Below, piece by piece: positions 10,358 through 20,377 of a stretch of 64,000 nt of DNA (the first letter of the stretch is position 1; every line of letters starts with the position of its first letter). Position numbers and translations under genes: made by a program. Source of the DNA: an uncultured Verrucomicrobiae bacterium (GTDB lineage Bacteria; Verrucomicrobiota; Verrucomicrobiia; Limisphaerales; Palsa-1400); contig OY969763.1 in assembly GCA_963702845.1 (NCBI GenBank), positions 3,072,001-3,136,000 on the forward strand, given 5' to 3'. The notes beneath the pieces are model-generated. The model made no database searches. It saw only the letters and a list, made by a program, of their open reading frames with translations, and was not told where the DNA came from.

Positions 10358-11695
10358 TCAGTGTTGAGATTCGAGAGTGGTCCAGGTGATGAGGTCCGCC
10401 AGCGGCGACCGGCCGTCGTGCCGCCAGGTGAGCGGTGGACGTTGCATCTCGCCAAGTGGGCAGATTCGAGTCACGCCCCAATGGGCGAGTTGGACGGCCA
10501 GTTCATTCGTCTGCGAGGCAATTGCTGCAAGGCCCACGGTGGACACCTTGTCGCGAACCATCTCGGCCGCTTGCAAGGTTTGCGTCAGATCTGCCACTGG
10601 CTTGACGTAGACGAATCGGTTTAAGCACGACATTTGAAAGCGCGGATCACTCTCAAAAATCACCGTCCACGCCGTTGAATTTGAACTCGCCCACATTTGC
10701 GTTTCCGGCGAATGCGCGGCACGCACTTCGTAGAACGCGCGCCGTGTCGAGATTGCGGCTGCTTCGGCTGTGGTCAATTGTGCGCGTGGTTGATGTTCTT
10801 CGAGGGCGTCGAGTTCTTCGGACAATCGCTGCGCAAACAATTCAGGGGCAACCTTGCCACCGGATTCAACGTAGATAACGTGCGGCGACAGACATCCTTG
10901 TTGGTCCCAGGCCGCGACATCGTGAGCGGCGATTTTCGCCAAACCTTTCGTGTCGCGCACGAGCGCTTCACGTGTGATAAAACCAAAACTAACGCGCGTT
11001 CCGTAGCCGACGAATCGCGTTTTGACCGGAAGCTTGTTTCGGACCGCCTCGAGCGTCTCATCGCTGCCGGTTGCAGAAACACAATCAGCTTCGGCGAATG
11101 CAGCGGAATCTAAAATGTCGGTTCCACCTTTCCATTCCGCGATCTCGATGCACGCGCCAAGCTTTGCATCGGCTTCGTAAATCGAATGCGCGAACAAGCG
11201 CGGTATGAATGATTGGCCCGATGGACATTTGACGAACTGCGCCGACCTGACGAGTAAGCCAAGCGCCATATCCAACAGAATGGGATTTGGAATGCTCCCA
11301 GCGCCAACATGCATGAGCAATTGCGGGCCGCGCGCAAGCAAACCGTCGTGAAAGCCGTCAAGACGGTTGATGTCGCCGAGTTCTTGTTTTACAAGTGCTT
11401 CGAGGTTTTCTGCTGTGAGTTGTTTAAAAAATGAATCCAAGCCGTGCTGTAAAGTGCGTTGTGCAAATCCAGTTTTTGCCGGGCCTTGCTCCAGCATGTG
11501 CACGCGAAATAGTGAATCAGTATCCAGCCATTCGCGGCCAAGCGAGTCCAGCAATTGAATGATACTGCTCGTTGAACGTGATGTCAGATACTGCTGCCGA
11601 TTACGTCGCAACGTCTGACAGGCCTCCGTAATGAGCGTCGGCGTCAAAGAAGCTTCCGCAGGTAAATCGGCTAGAAAATAATTCGGAAGGTTCAT
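10358..11695 (-). CDS. LuxC-like acyl-CoA reductase
   Basis: ALDH-like fold; [18 protein letters not shown] (catalytic Cys motif), [20 protein letters not shown]. Confidence 0.88.
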   Translation of the reverse strand: MNLPNYFLADLPAEASLTPTLITEACQTLRRNRQQYLTSRSTSSIIQLLDSLGREWLDTDSLFRVHMLEQGPAKTGFAQRTLQHGLDSFFKQLTAENLEALVKQELGDINRLDGFHDGLLARGPQLLMHVGAGSIPNPILLDMALGLLVRSAQFVKCPSGQSFIPRLFAHSIYEADAKLGACIEIAEWKGGTDILDSAAFAEADCVSATGSDETLEAVRNKLPVKTRFVGYGTRVSFGFITREALVRDTKGLAKIAAHDVAAWDQQGCLSPHVIYVESGGKVAPELFAQRLSEELDALEEHQPRAQLTTAEAAAISTRRAFYEVRAAHSPETQMWASSNSTAWTVIFESDPRFQMSCLNRFVYVKPVADLTQTLQAAEMVRDKVSTVGLAAIASQTNELAVQLAHWGVTRICPLGEMQRPPLTWRHDGRSPLADLITWTTLESQH

Positions 11696-11701
11696 TGCTG
11701 C

Positions 11702-12958
11702 TCAATGATTTTCAGCCGTTGTTACCGGCTGCGGAGTTTCGCGATGTTCGAACACGTCGTGATCGCGGCGCCGGATACCATGCAGGAAAGCGAGACCCGC
11801 AAGGGAGAGCAGGAGCATGACCGCGAGAATCGCATAAATGCTAAAATAATTTGCGACGTTACCAGCACCGACTCCGAGCATTTCCACCCAACGTCCAACA
11901 AACCAATGTGAGATGTTGCCGAGTAAACCACCAATGGTAATGAACAGCCCAAACACACGTCCGCGCACCGAGTCGTGCACTGCTTCCATCAAGGCTGCTT
12001 CCACAATGGGATAACTGGCCATGAAGAAAAATCCGTAAATACCAAGCGCAGGTGCCAGCCAATGTGAGTTGAGATGCGGGAAGATAAAGACTGTAAACGC
12101 CGCAATGCACAGGACGACGGCCGTCAGGCGGATACGCCCACGATCGCTCCAACTGCCGAAGATCGGGTTGCTGATCAACGACGCGAGATAAATACAACTG
12201 AGCGCGATACCGGTTTGCTTCGCGTCCATGCCATGCGCGCGTTGCAAAAACAATGAACCGAGACTCGCGACGCCCATACCCGAGAAATCGCGCAAGCAAA
12301 AGAAGAACGCCGCGCTGAGGAACAGGACCCAAAGCATAGGTGTCGCGAACAGCTTCTCATTTGATTTATTGATATCGTCTTGAAACTCGCGCGTCGGATG
12401 ATCGTGCGCGAGCCACATGAACGCAGCCGCCGCAATGAGCCCGAGAATGCCAAGTTCCAGGACGGGGGCACGCCAACCGGATATCCCGGCGCGCCATCCT
12501 GCATAAAACGGTGCGATAAAGAATCCGAAGCTTGCGCCCATTCCAGCAGTGCCGAGCGCTTTGCCGGTGGCTTCGGGATAGAGGCGTGCAATCAGCGATG
12601 TCGCCGCAGGATGATAAAAACTTCCACCGAAGCCCGCCAAAACAACGGACAGCAGCGCCATCGGCAACGAATTAGCGTAAGCCAAAGTAATGAAGCCGAG
12701 CGCATTGATCGTTAGCCCTATACCGAGCAGTTTCTTGCGACTGAATCGGTCGGCTAACATTCCCATCGGATAACTTGGGACAAAATAGGCAAAGCCCATG
12801 ACAGTAACGAGCAACGTAGCTTGCGCGTCGCCAGTTAAATGAAGGTCTTTTCGAATGAGCACGTAGAGCGGCAGCAACGCCACCTGGTAAATGTGCGTGA
12901 AAGCATGCAACGCGGTGCAAAGCAGTAACGTGCGTTTTCTGTGCAAATGATCGCTCAT
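11702..12958 (-). CDS. MFS transporter
   Basis: About 12 hydrophobic segments; GMLADRFSRK motif A; FYHPAA; GSWSDRGR. Confidence 0.9.
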   Translation of the reverse strand: MSDHLHRKRTLLLCTALHAFTHIYQVALLPLYVLIRKDLHLTGDAQATLLVTVMGFAYFVPSYPMGMLADRFSRKKLLGIGLTINALGFITLAYANSLPMALLSVVLAGFGGSFYHPAATSLIARLYPEATGKALGTAGMGASFGFFIAPFYAGWRAGISGWRAPVLELGILGLIAAAAFMWLAHDHPTREFQDDINKSNEKLFATPMLWVLFLSAAFFFCLRDFSGMGVASLGSLFLQRAHGMDAKQTGIALSCIYLASLISNPIFGSWSDRGRIRLTAVVLCIAAFTVFIFPHLNSHWLAPALGIYGFFFMASYPIVEAALMEAVHDSVRGRVFGLFITIGGLLGNISHWFVGRWVEMLGVGAGNVANYFSIYAILAVMLLLSLAGLAFLHGIRRRDHDVFEHRETPQPVTTAENH

Positions 12959-12970
12959 CGAATCTTCACG

Positions 12971-14008
12971 TTAATGCATCGCTGGTTGCGTGGCCATCAA
13001 CGAACAGCCACGCGGTTCGGCTTCTACCGCGCGCCCGAGCAGCTCGAAACCGCCATCGCGCCGAATCGCGAGGTCTTCAGTTTGAATCGCGAGGACCGAA
13101 TAAACGTTGGCCAAATCAAAGATGCGGACAAGGCCAATGTCACGGACGGCAACTTCTTTTCCAGTCTCCGGCGAAATGATTTGCGCGCAAGCCCACGGTG
13201 GAAAACGAAAGACGCGATCTGGGTTATCGTAAGCTTGAGAGCTCAGTTCGCTCATTCCGTATTCAGAGATGATTTGTGAGGGCGCAATCCCGAACCGATC
13301 TTCGATCATCGCGAGTAATTCTGTTTTCGGCACGACGCGGCTGCGGCCTTTGTATCCGCCGGTTTCGAGCACGCGCGAGCCCGACGGCAATTTGAACCGA
13401 ATGTTTCGAGCGGCCATTTCATCCAGGAGATGGACGAAGCTGAATGCCGTTCCAACAACCGCAACCGGTTCACGCTGGCTACAGAACATTTCCAGCAAAG
13501 TCAGGGTTTTATCGGCATTCACAACCCATGCACGATCTTCAGCAATGGTTCCTGTAAATACCGTATCGTGAACGTCGGCAATCGTGCCGAACATATGGAC
13601 CAAAGAGGAATTCGGCACGGCGGATGCCGACGGCGTTAATGAGATAAACCTCAATTTCCTATCGCGCTCAAAAAACTTTTCGGAAAACCAACGCATTAAT
13701 GACGCTTCGTAAATCATCAGCGATTGGTCGGAATGAAAATGACGGCTTGGACGTTGTTCGGTCGTGCCGCTTGAATGGAAGACGCGCGTCCGCTCTTCAG
13801 GCGCGAGGCTGGTCAGTTCGAAATCCTTGAACGCACTTGTCGGGACCGATGGGATGGCGCACCAGTGCGCGGGCTTGGCATTGCGTAAGACACGTTCGCA
13901 AAGCTTACGATAGGCCGGCACGCTGTCGAACTGCAATTGAAATAACGCCAACGCGAGTTCGTTGAATCGATCAGGATCGTTCTTACCGGAATCAATAAAT
14001 GCCAGCAA
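12971..14008 (-). CDS. LuxE-like acyl-protein synthetase
   Basis: FHSSGTT, ETGGYKGR, SEYGMSELSSQAY, IQTEDLA, C-terminal GRAVEAEPRGCS (acylated Cys motif). Start uncertain: TTG at 14008, or ATG at 14046 with an indel. Confidence 0.88.
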   Translation of the reverse strand: MLAFIDSGKNDPDRFNELALALFQLQFDSVPAYRKLCERVLRNAKPAHWCAIPSVPTSAFKDFELTSLAPEERTRVFHSSGTTEQRPSRHFHSDQSLMIYEASLMRWFSEKFFERDRKLRFISLTPSASAVPNSSLVHMFGTIADVHDTVFTGTIAEDRAWVVNADKTLTLLEMFCSQREPVAVVGTAFSFVHLLDEMAARNIRFKLPSGSRVLETGGYKGRSRVVPKTELLAMIEDRFGIAPSQIISEYGMSELSSQAYDNPDRVFRFPPWACAQIISPETGKEVAVRDIGLVRIFDLANVYSVLAIQTEDLAIRRDGGFELLGRAVEAEPRGCSLMATQPAMH

Positions 14009-14116
14009 CTCCCTGAAAAATCCCGAAGTGAATGAAATTGTTTCATGTGCGGTTTTGCGAACCCGGACTTTCCGGTTTCGGCTGGTTTTCCGCTACAGCC
14101 GCGACTGAAAATTATG

Positions 14117-14779
14117 TTACTTCGACGCCGTCGTAGCAGTCTTGGTGAGGGTCCAGTCGAATATGACCTTCACCTCATCACCGCACTTCATTAATCCCAA
14201 ACCGAAGCTCGGGGCCGGCGGCTTGACGCCGTAAGCGGTCATTTTGACGGGAGCGGATCCGGCGATCTTCAGTTTGTCTTTCTCCGGCACGTCGATCGTT
14301 ACGGGAAATGTAACTTTGTTCGTCACGCCCGCAATGGCGAGTTCACCGGATGCGTCGAACTCGAACGGCTTACCGGCGGCATGCGGTTCTTTGAACGTCA
14401 GTTCAGTAATATGACATTCAATCTTCTTGTTTTGAGGTTCTTTCAAAGACTCCTGCATCAAACCTTCCATAACCTGCGGCATCGCCTTCGCGTCGCTCTT
14501 GAGGGAGCGAACGGGAATGATCACTTGCGATTTGATCGCGAGTTTTTTGTCCTTGAGACCGGGAATGGTCGCTTGCGCGGTATCGAATTGGACGCCAGGC
14601 TCAAACTCGACAAAGCCGCCGATCAACGTGCCTTCCATTTCCCAATCGTGCGCAGTTGAAGTGCCTTCGATTCGCACTTTGTTCCCAGCCGGTTGAGATT
14701 GATAGCGATCCCCATCCGCAGCATGTAAACCGAGCGCGGACGTTAGTGCGATAGTCGTGAGTATTAGGCGTGTTTTCAT
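14117..14779 (-). CDS. YceI family periplasmic lipid/polyisoprenoid-binding protein
   Basis: Signal peptide; IEGTSTAHDW, GELAIAGVT, KMTAYGVKPP. Confidence 0.85.
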   Translation of the reverse strand: MKTRLILTTIALTSALGLHAADGDRYQSQPAGNKVRIEGTSTAHDWEMEGTLIGGFVEFEPGVQFDTAQATIPGLKDKKLAIKSQVIIPVRSLKSDAKAMPQVMEGLMQESLKEPQNKKIECHITELTFKEPHAAGKPFEFDASGELAIAGVTNKVTFPVTIDVPEKDKLKIAGSAPVKMTAYGVKPPAPSFGLGLMKCGDEVKVIFDWTLTKTATTASK

Positions 14780-14797
14780 TTGGTGCTTTGCTTGAAA

Positions 14798-16204
14798 TTA
14801 AACTTCGAACCATTCGTTCTCGAACTTGATCCGTGTGTTTTTCATCACGGCTTCATGTGTCTTAAGAGCGATGACGGTGGCGTCGAAACCGTCCTGCCAA
14901 GTGGCGGCGGGATGTTGTTTGAAAGCGCTATGTTTCGCCGCCTGCATCTGCTCGGCCATCGCTTTTTGATCGCTGTCACCGTAGAGCTGAACGAAGTCGT
15001 CAATGGCTGCATTAATTGCCACCGCGTTGATCATGAAATTTTCCAGGCAATAATGCAGAGCAGAAAACGGATACGCTGAATCCTCCGTCGCTTTGGTGCC
15101 GAGTGCTGCTTGCTTGGTCGCGTTGGCGACGAGTGCGACACCAGTTTCTTTATAGAACTGGTCCTTGCGCGCGTAGACTTCCCAACCGAGCAGCGGAGCG
15201 TCGACTTCCTTAAACATCCACGCCTTGTTTTCGCGCAGCATGATCGAAGCGTCGACACCGTAATACATCTCGTAATCAGCATCGAAGGAACTGGCGAGAG
15301 TCGCGTCGTACATGAACTTCGCGCCTTCGGGATATTCGAGCACAGCCTGCATCGTGTCAGGGATATCGCGACCATCGTTCCACAAGAGAATCGAGCCAAA
15401 ACCATTGACTGCGGTCGGACGCGTTTTCCAGAACCAGGTAACAGCGTCGAGTTGATGAATGCCGATTTCACCAGCGAGACCAGCGCTCGTTTCGCTATGC
15501 AGGCGCCAGTTCACGATCTTGTCGCGATCGGGATTGGACGACGGCCGTTGCCAGCTTTGTTTATTGTGCCATTGCGCGCGCGCCATGATCTGTTTACCAG
15601 AAGCGCCCGAGCGAATGAAGGGCAAAAGAAATTGGCGTTGCGGATGCGAGCGTTCCTGCAATCCGCTTTGGAAGTACCGAACTGAATCGCGAGCGGCGCG
15701 GGCAATCGCCTTGGCGTCCTCGACGGTATGGGCCAACGGCGCTTCGCAATAGACATGTTTGCCGGCCTTCAACGCAGCAATCGCGATGTCTTTGTGCAAA
15801 TGCGTCGGCGTTGCGACGATGACGGCGTGGATATCTTTGTTGGCCAGCAACTGGTTGTAATCCTCATATTGCTGCGCCTTGGGGGCCGCTTCGGAGTTAC
15901 GAGCGAGTGCGCGTTTATACGTGTCGCAAATGGCGATGACGTGCGGTCCGTTTTCTTCTTTCTGCTGAGGAAATTGTTGGAGCGCATCGAGAATGGCACG
16001 GCCTTGCACGCCCATACCGATGATGCCGAAATTGAGACGCGGAAGGTCAGGGATTTTTGTCAGTTCCGGTTCGGCGGGAGTAGCAGCGGCGTTCGCATCT
16101 TCTGCGCGAAGTTCGATGCCGCCCATCAATGCCATCAATGTCGCGACGGAAGTACCTTTCTTAAGGAAATCGCGGCGATTCAATTCAGATTCGTTTTTGT
16201 TCAT
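14798..16204 (-). CDS. Tat-exported Gfo/Idh/MocA family oxidoreductase
   Basis: NRRDFLK Tat motif; GIIGMGVQG, VATPTHLH, KHVYCEAP, EIGIHQLD. Confidence 0.9.
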   Translation of the reverse strand: MNKNESELNRRDFLKKGTSVATLMALMGGIELRAEDANAAATPAEPELTKIPDLPRLNFGIIGMGVQGRAILDALQQFPQQKEENGPHVIAICDTYKRALARNSEAAPKAQQYEDYNQLLANKDIHAVIVATPTHLHKDIAIAALKAGKHVYCEAPLAHTVEDAKAIARAARDSVRYFQSGLQERSHPQRQFLLPFIRSGASGKQIMARAQWHNKQSWQRPSSNPDRDKIVNWRLHSETSAGLAGEIGIHQLDAVTWFWKTRPTAVNGFGSILLWNDGRDIPDTMQAVLEYPEGAKFMYDATLASSFDADYEMYYGVDASIMLRENKAWMFKEVDAPLLGWEVYARKDQFYKETGVALVANATKQAALGTKATEDSAYPFSALHYCLENFMINAVAINAAIDDFVQLYGDSDQKAMAEQMQAAKHSAFKQHPAATWQDGFDATVIALKTHEAVMKNTRIKFENEWFEV

Positions 16205-16241
16205 GCGCCTCTCGTGTATATCGGACGTGCCAGCGAGACTA

Positions 16242-17729
16242 CTAATTCACAGCGGTGCTGAGCGCATCGCCGGAGGTCTTCGCCTTGGGTGATTTGAGTG
16301 ATTTTGCGGGTTTCGCTTTTACAGCTTTCGCAGCTTTAGGAGCGTTAGAGCCTTTGGAGCCCTTGGATGTTTTGGCCGTCTTATAGAAGTAACTACTTTC
16401 GCCGTTCATGATGCGGACATCGAACGGCGACAAATCGCGAACGCGCATGTTGCGATACGCCACAGGGCCGTGACCACCTTGCAAAATGAGCGGGCTTTTT
16501 TCGGCTGACGGAGAATCGGGAGCTTCGGTGCTAACCTCAGAGAGTGGTTGCTTGTCGTAAATCGGATGGTTATTTACCGTCACGCTGACCTTATCGCCGA
16601 TCAGGATGAGCTCGACGTTCTGCCAAACACCGGAAAGAGGAAGCGCAATCTTGTCCAGAACATCGTAACGACCGCGCAAAAGAATACTGCTCGAACCGTT
16701 GCCCGCTACCACATATTCGAAGCGCAGGACGAAGTCGGTATGAGGCTTCTCGGTGACAAGATCATTGATGGATTCGTTCGCATGCTCAATCAACATGCCG
16801 TTAGCAATGTGCCACGGACTTTCCTTTTCGAGATTGCGGACATTCCAATTTGCCAGATCAACACCGGTAAAGAGAGCTTGATAACCGTCGATCTTCTCGC
16901 GTTGCCGCAATTTCAAAGCGGCATTCTGAGGCACTGCGTCACCCTGCTCCAACCCGAGCGCCCAGCGAATTGCTCCCAAAACGTGGTCCTGGTAAGTCGG
17001 GCTGTCCCAAACTTCTTCGCGATGGCCAAGTGAGGTGTAGAACACTTTGCCTCGGCCGAATTGTTTGCACCATGCCACCGGATAATCACCGGGCGTTCCG
17101 TTGTTCGGGTGCTTGTTCAGCGTCAGCAAACCGTGCACTTGGTCACGATGGAAGTTTTGCAATTGGTAAATCTCGTCGAACACTTCGTACGTCGCGCCCA
17201 ACCGGCGGGTTGCCGGATGGCGGATGTCCTGGTTGACGCAAGTCACGCTAACTTGGGGTCCGTGCTGTAGGAATTCGCCGCCGATCATCTCGATAAAGGG
17301 CGAATATTTATGTAAAGTGTCCGTGGCCGAATGCATGCCGATGAAAGCATGGCCGGCTTTAACCCAGTTTATAAACGCGTCCTTATCGGGAATGGGAAGT
17401 TCGCCGGTCGTGTTCGCGAAAATCACGCCGTCATAGTCATTCAGCGCAGCGGGCGACATCAACTCGGCGAAGTCGTGACGCATCTTTTCCATCCATTTGT
17501 TTTCTTCAGCGGTGTCTTTTGGACGCGGACCGCTGCGAATGACGGCCACCACTTTATAAGCACCGCTTTGAGTCCCGAGTTTGTTCAGCACGCGTTCGGC
17601 GGTGATGACGGAACTATGTGGGAACCCTTCCGTAGCCGTGACGACCAGAACCCTTTTTGGTTCGGCGTGAGCGAACGAGCAAGCGAGCGACAACACGACA
17701 GTCAGCAAGAACGGACGCAACATTTTCAT
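16242..17729 (-). CDS. ThuA-domain protein with C-terminal DUF1080-like domain and Lys-rich tail
   Basis: GFPHSS, FIGMHSATD, GKVFYTSLGH; LFTGVDLANW, DFVLRFEY, VAYRNMRVR. Confidence 0.82.
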   Translation of the reverse strand: MKMLRPFLLTVVLSLACSFAHAEPKRVLVVTATEGFPHSSVITAERVLNKLGTQSGAYKVVAVIRSGPRPKDTAEENKWMEKMRHDFAELMSPAALNDYDGVIFANTTGELPIPDKDAFINWVKAGHAFIGMHSATDTLHKYSPFIEMIGGEFLQHGPQVSVTCVNQDIRHPATRRLGATYEVFDEIYQLQNFHRDQVHGLLTLNKHPNNGTPGDYPVAWCKQFGRGKVFYTSLGHREEVWDSPTYQDHVLGAIRWALGLEQGDAVPQNAALKLRQREKIDGYQALFTGVDLANWNVRNLEKESPWHIANGMLIEHANESINDLVTEKPHTDFVLRFEYVVAGNGSSSILLRGRYDVLDKIALPLSGVWQNVELILIGDKVSVTVNNHPIYDKQPLSEVSTEAPDSPSAEKSPLILQGGHGPVAYRNMRVRDLSPFDVRIMNGESSYFYKTAKTSKGSKGSNAPKAAKAVKAKPAKSLKSPKAKTSGDALSTAVN

Positions 17730-17894
17730 AAAAGGCTCAGCCGGACACATTGGTGTCGCGGTTTTTAATGATTCAGAGCTTTAGCCTCTGGTTCAAGTTT
17801 TTTCGGCGGTAAGTGGCAGGAAACAGGTAAGGTTTTGGAGGTCAGAAGCTGGACTTTCGCCTTACACGCGGCGCTTGCCTTTAGGGCGTACAGC

Positions 17895-17925
17895 AAAAGA
17901 GCCCTGGTAAATAAAACCAGGGCTC
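17895..17925 (-). terminator. Rho-independent terminator
   Basis: GAGCCCTGGT-N7-ACCAGGGCTC perfect 10-bp stem with a T-run on the minus strand, just after the stop at 17943. Confidence 0.8.
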
Positions 17926-17942
17926 GTGCAAAACTGTTTAGC

Positions 17943-19847
17943 TTAGTGACCGCGGCTGTTATCGCTTCGGTCGGCGCGAGAGGCTGCGGGTGCAGCGTGG
18001 CCACCACCAGAAGCTCCGCCTGCGCTGTGCGCTGCGGAACTTGCAGGAGCAGCGGCCGAATGACCGGCCGGAGAACTCGGCGCGGATGCCGAGTGCCGGA
18101 AGTTGCCTGAACCGTAGTAGTTCGCTGGCTGTTCGACGGTCTTAGTCGGGCTCGGACGCTCCGCCGCGGTGGAATGAATGGTCGGTTCATGGCTCGGCGT
18201 CGTCGGAGTAAACGAGTGAGTAGTGTTCGCACTAGAAACCCGCTCCGCGACCGACGGGGAATGCGATGCTGATGATGCGCTCACGTTCTGCCCCGGCCAC
18301 GATTGGTGGACTTCAGGACTGGTCGAAGCTGAGTTCTGTCTCACTGGAGGAGATGCAGGTCGTGCCGGTGTCGAACGCGGCGTGGAAAACGACTCATGGG
18401 AGTTGACCTTCGGAGTAACCGTTGGCAAATGGCTTGCCGATGGCCGCACGGGAGCGGTAAATGCTGAACGCGTTTGCACGGAACCAGCCGATGACGTCCT
18501 GCTCGCGGTGTTAATCAACACAGGTTTGTTGTGAACCGTTGATGTCGCCGATACTTTGGCGATGACGGTCGGACTTGGACGATAAACGGCCAACGCCGGT
18601 TTGTTGCCGACGTGTTCCATACGACCGTGTGCCGCCGCCGATGACGTGTCCCTTAAGACGACCGTTTGCACCGGTTTATGGGTGACCTGCGTGATCCTGT
18701 CCTTGCTGATGCCATTGTTGATGATCGTTGTTTTGTTCACGACAACCGTGTTTTTGATGACAGTGCTGTGATTATAAATATTCACGACTTCTGTGCGTGA
18801 AGGCTGGTGTTGCCAAGGATGATGGTCGGTGAAGTGATCGTACCCAACGAATGTGAAGGCACCAATCGACAGGCCAAAGCCCCAATCAACGTGTCCGCCA
18901 TGTCCGCCGTGTCCTCCAGCCCACACGATGCCGACACCGGGCCGCCAGGCTGCGTATGGTGGCAATGGAGCCCAACCACAATAACGATCGTGCTCACGCC
19001 AAGCGACCCACGCCGGTCCCCATGTGCTATCCGGAACCCAGCACCAACCAAATCGCGGCGTGCTACACCAACGACCATAATGGAACGGAGCCCAGCCCCA
19101 TGAATAATAGGAGCGCCAATACCAACCGGCATCGGTGTTTACCCAATATCCATTGTCGCAATAGGGACGCCAACCGGTGTTGACGACCGCGGCGCTCGGA
19201 CGCCAGCAACGTCCGTAGCCTTCGACGTTGACCCATGAACCGTAGGGTGAGAGCGAGTCGTAGAAATAGTTCACGGTTACTTCCGGAGGCGGTGCTTGTT
19301 CCACAACAGTGGCGGATGCAGAAGGAGCTGGTACATCAGGCGGCGCAACCGGTGCATCAAACCCTGGGTCTTGCGTCACATTGTAGGTCGGGACTTCTGG
19401 GCTGCTCAGTGTAGCATTCGACGGTGGTGTCGGGATCTGTTGCTGCGCCGGATCAGCAGGAGCGGCCGCGAGAGCCGGCTGACCGCCGGTCTTTCCATTT
19501 TGCATCAACGCGTTGATGACGTCCTGAGAAACGCCCACGTCGTTGAGGTAAAGAATTTCGTCCGCAGTCGGTTTGAAGGTGTTACCGGAATTCTTGATGT
19601 ATCCGACCACCACGTCATCGCCGACGTTCGATTGCGTCAGCTTAATGACATCGGCTAAACCGGGTGAAAGGTCGGCGGGCAATTTCGGCAATTCCGCTGG
19701 CGCGAGGTTCGTAGATGCCGGCGCGTTTGCGGGAGCCGGTGCGGGGGTGTCGGTTTGCGCGCGACTGGTTGTCAGTTGGGCAATGGTTCCGGTCAGGACA
19801 AGCGCCGTAGCGCCGACCATCCAACCTCGCTTTTTTAGGGTGTTCAT
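17943..19847 (-). CDS. Secreted DUF6600-like protein with W/G/P-rich repeats and Ser/Pro-rich tail
   Basis: Signal peptide; FYDSLSPYGSW, WRPYCDNGYW, WGWAPFHYGRW, WGPAWVAWR, GWAPLPP; GGAG RBS before the ATG at 19847. Confidence 0.75.
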   Translation of the reverse strand: MNTLKKRGWMVGATALVLTGTIAQLTTSRAQTDTPAPAPANAPASTNLAPAELPKLPADLSPGLADVIKLTQSNVGDDVVVGYIKNSGNTFKPTADEILYLNDVGVSQDVINALMQNGKTGGQPALAAAPADPAQQQIPTPPSNATLSSPEVPTYNVTQDPGFDAPVAPPDVPAPSASATVVEQAPPPEVTVNYFYDSLSPYGSWVNVEGYGRCWRPSAAVVNTGWRPYCDNGYWVNTDAGWYWRSYYSWGWAPFHYGRWCSTPRFGWCWVPDSTWGPAWVAWREHDRYCGWAPLPPYAAWRPGVGIVWAGGHGGHGGHVDWGFGLSIGAFTFVGYDHFTDHHPWQHQPSRTEVVNIYNHSTVIKNTVVVNKTTIINNGISKDRITQVTHKPVQTVVLRDTSSAAAHGRMEHVGNKPALAVYRPSPTVIAKVSATSTVHNKPVLINTASRTSSAGSVQTRSAFTAPVRPSASHLPTVTPKVNSHESFSTPRSTPARPASPPVRQNSASTSPEVHQSWPGQNVSASSASHSPSVAERVSSANTTHSFTPTTPSHEPTIHSTAAERPSPTKTVEQPANYYGSGNFRHSASAPSSPAGHSAAAPASSAAHSAGGASGGGHAAPAASRADRSDNSRGH

Positions 19848-20160
19848 AAATCTCCGTTTTAAAGCTGATTTGCAGCTCTGCATTTTAGTCGTTTCGCGCT
19901 CTTTGCCACAAGTTTATCCCAACCGTTTTGGCTGGCTGACCGCCCGTGGCTTCTTCGCGAAACATCTGACCATCGGACGCCGGACAATCATAACTATTCA
20001 AAAGCCCGGCGAATACTTACATAAGATGCTCTAACGTAGGCATCTGCCCGATGGCGCAAAAGTGGCAGGAGCTTACGGCAGGTTTCGGTTTTCGCAAGTG
20101 GAGATGGTCCGGGAGCATTACCAGTTCCACAACCACCGACAAAATATTTTTTTACTTTTT

Positions 20161-20210
20161 GCCGTTATGAAGCGTTATAAGCCGTTACAAACCGTTTTGA
20201 GGCGTTTTGA
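20161..20210. repeat. 10-bp-period tandem repeat x5
   Basis: gccgttatga agcgttataa gccgttacaa accgttttga ggcgttttga. Confidence 0.75.
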
Positions 20211-20377
20211 CGCAACGCGCATTCTGGTCGCGCCTTGCGCCCGCAATATCCGGCACTCACCTTACTTAGTATCAAGGAACACGAGCCGACAGAGTCGGCC
20301 CAATGGACCTCAGCATCTAATTAGTAACTACCTTTGTCAATAATGAAGTGTTGTGTTGCTGAATCAAATTCACACGG

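Noticed and set aside
10358..14008. Bioluminescence (lux) operon
   Set aside because: No luxA, luxB or luxD in the window; only reductase and synthetase homologues.
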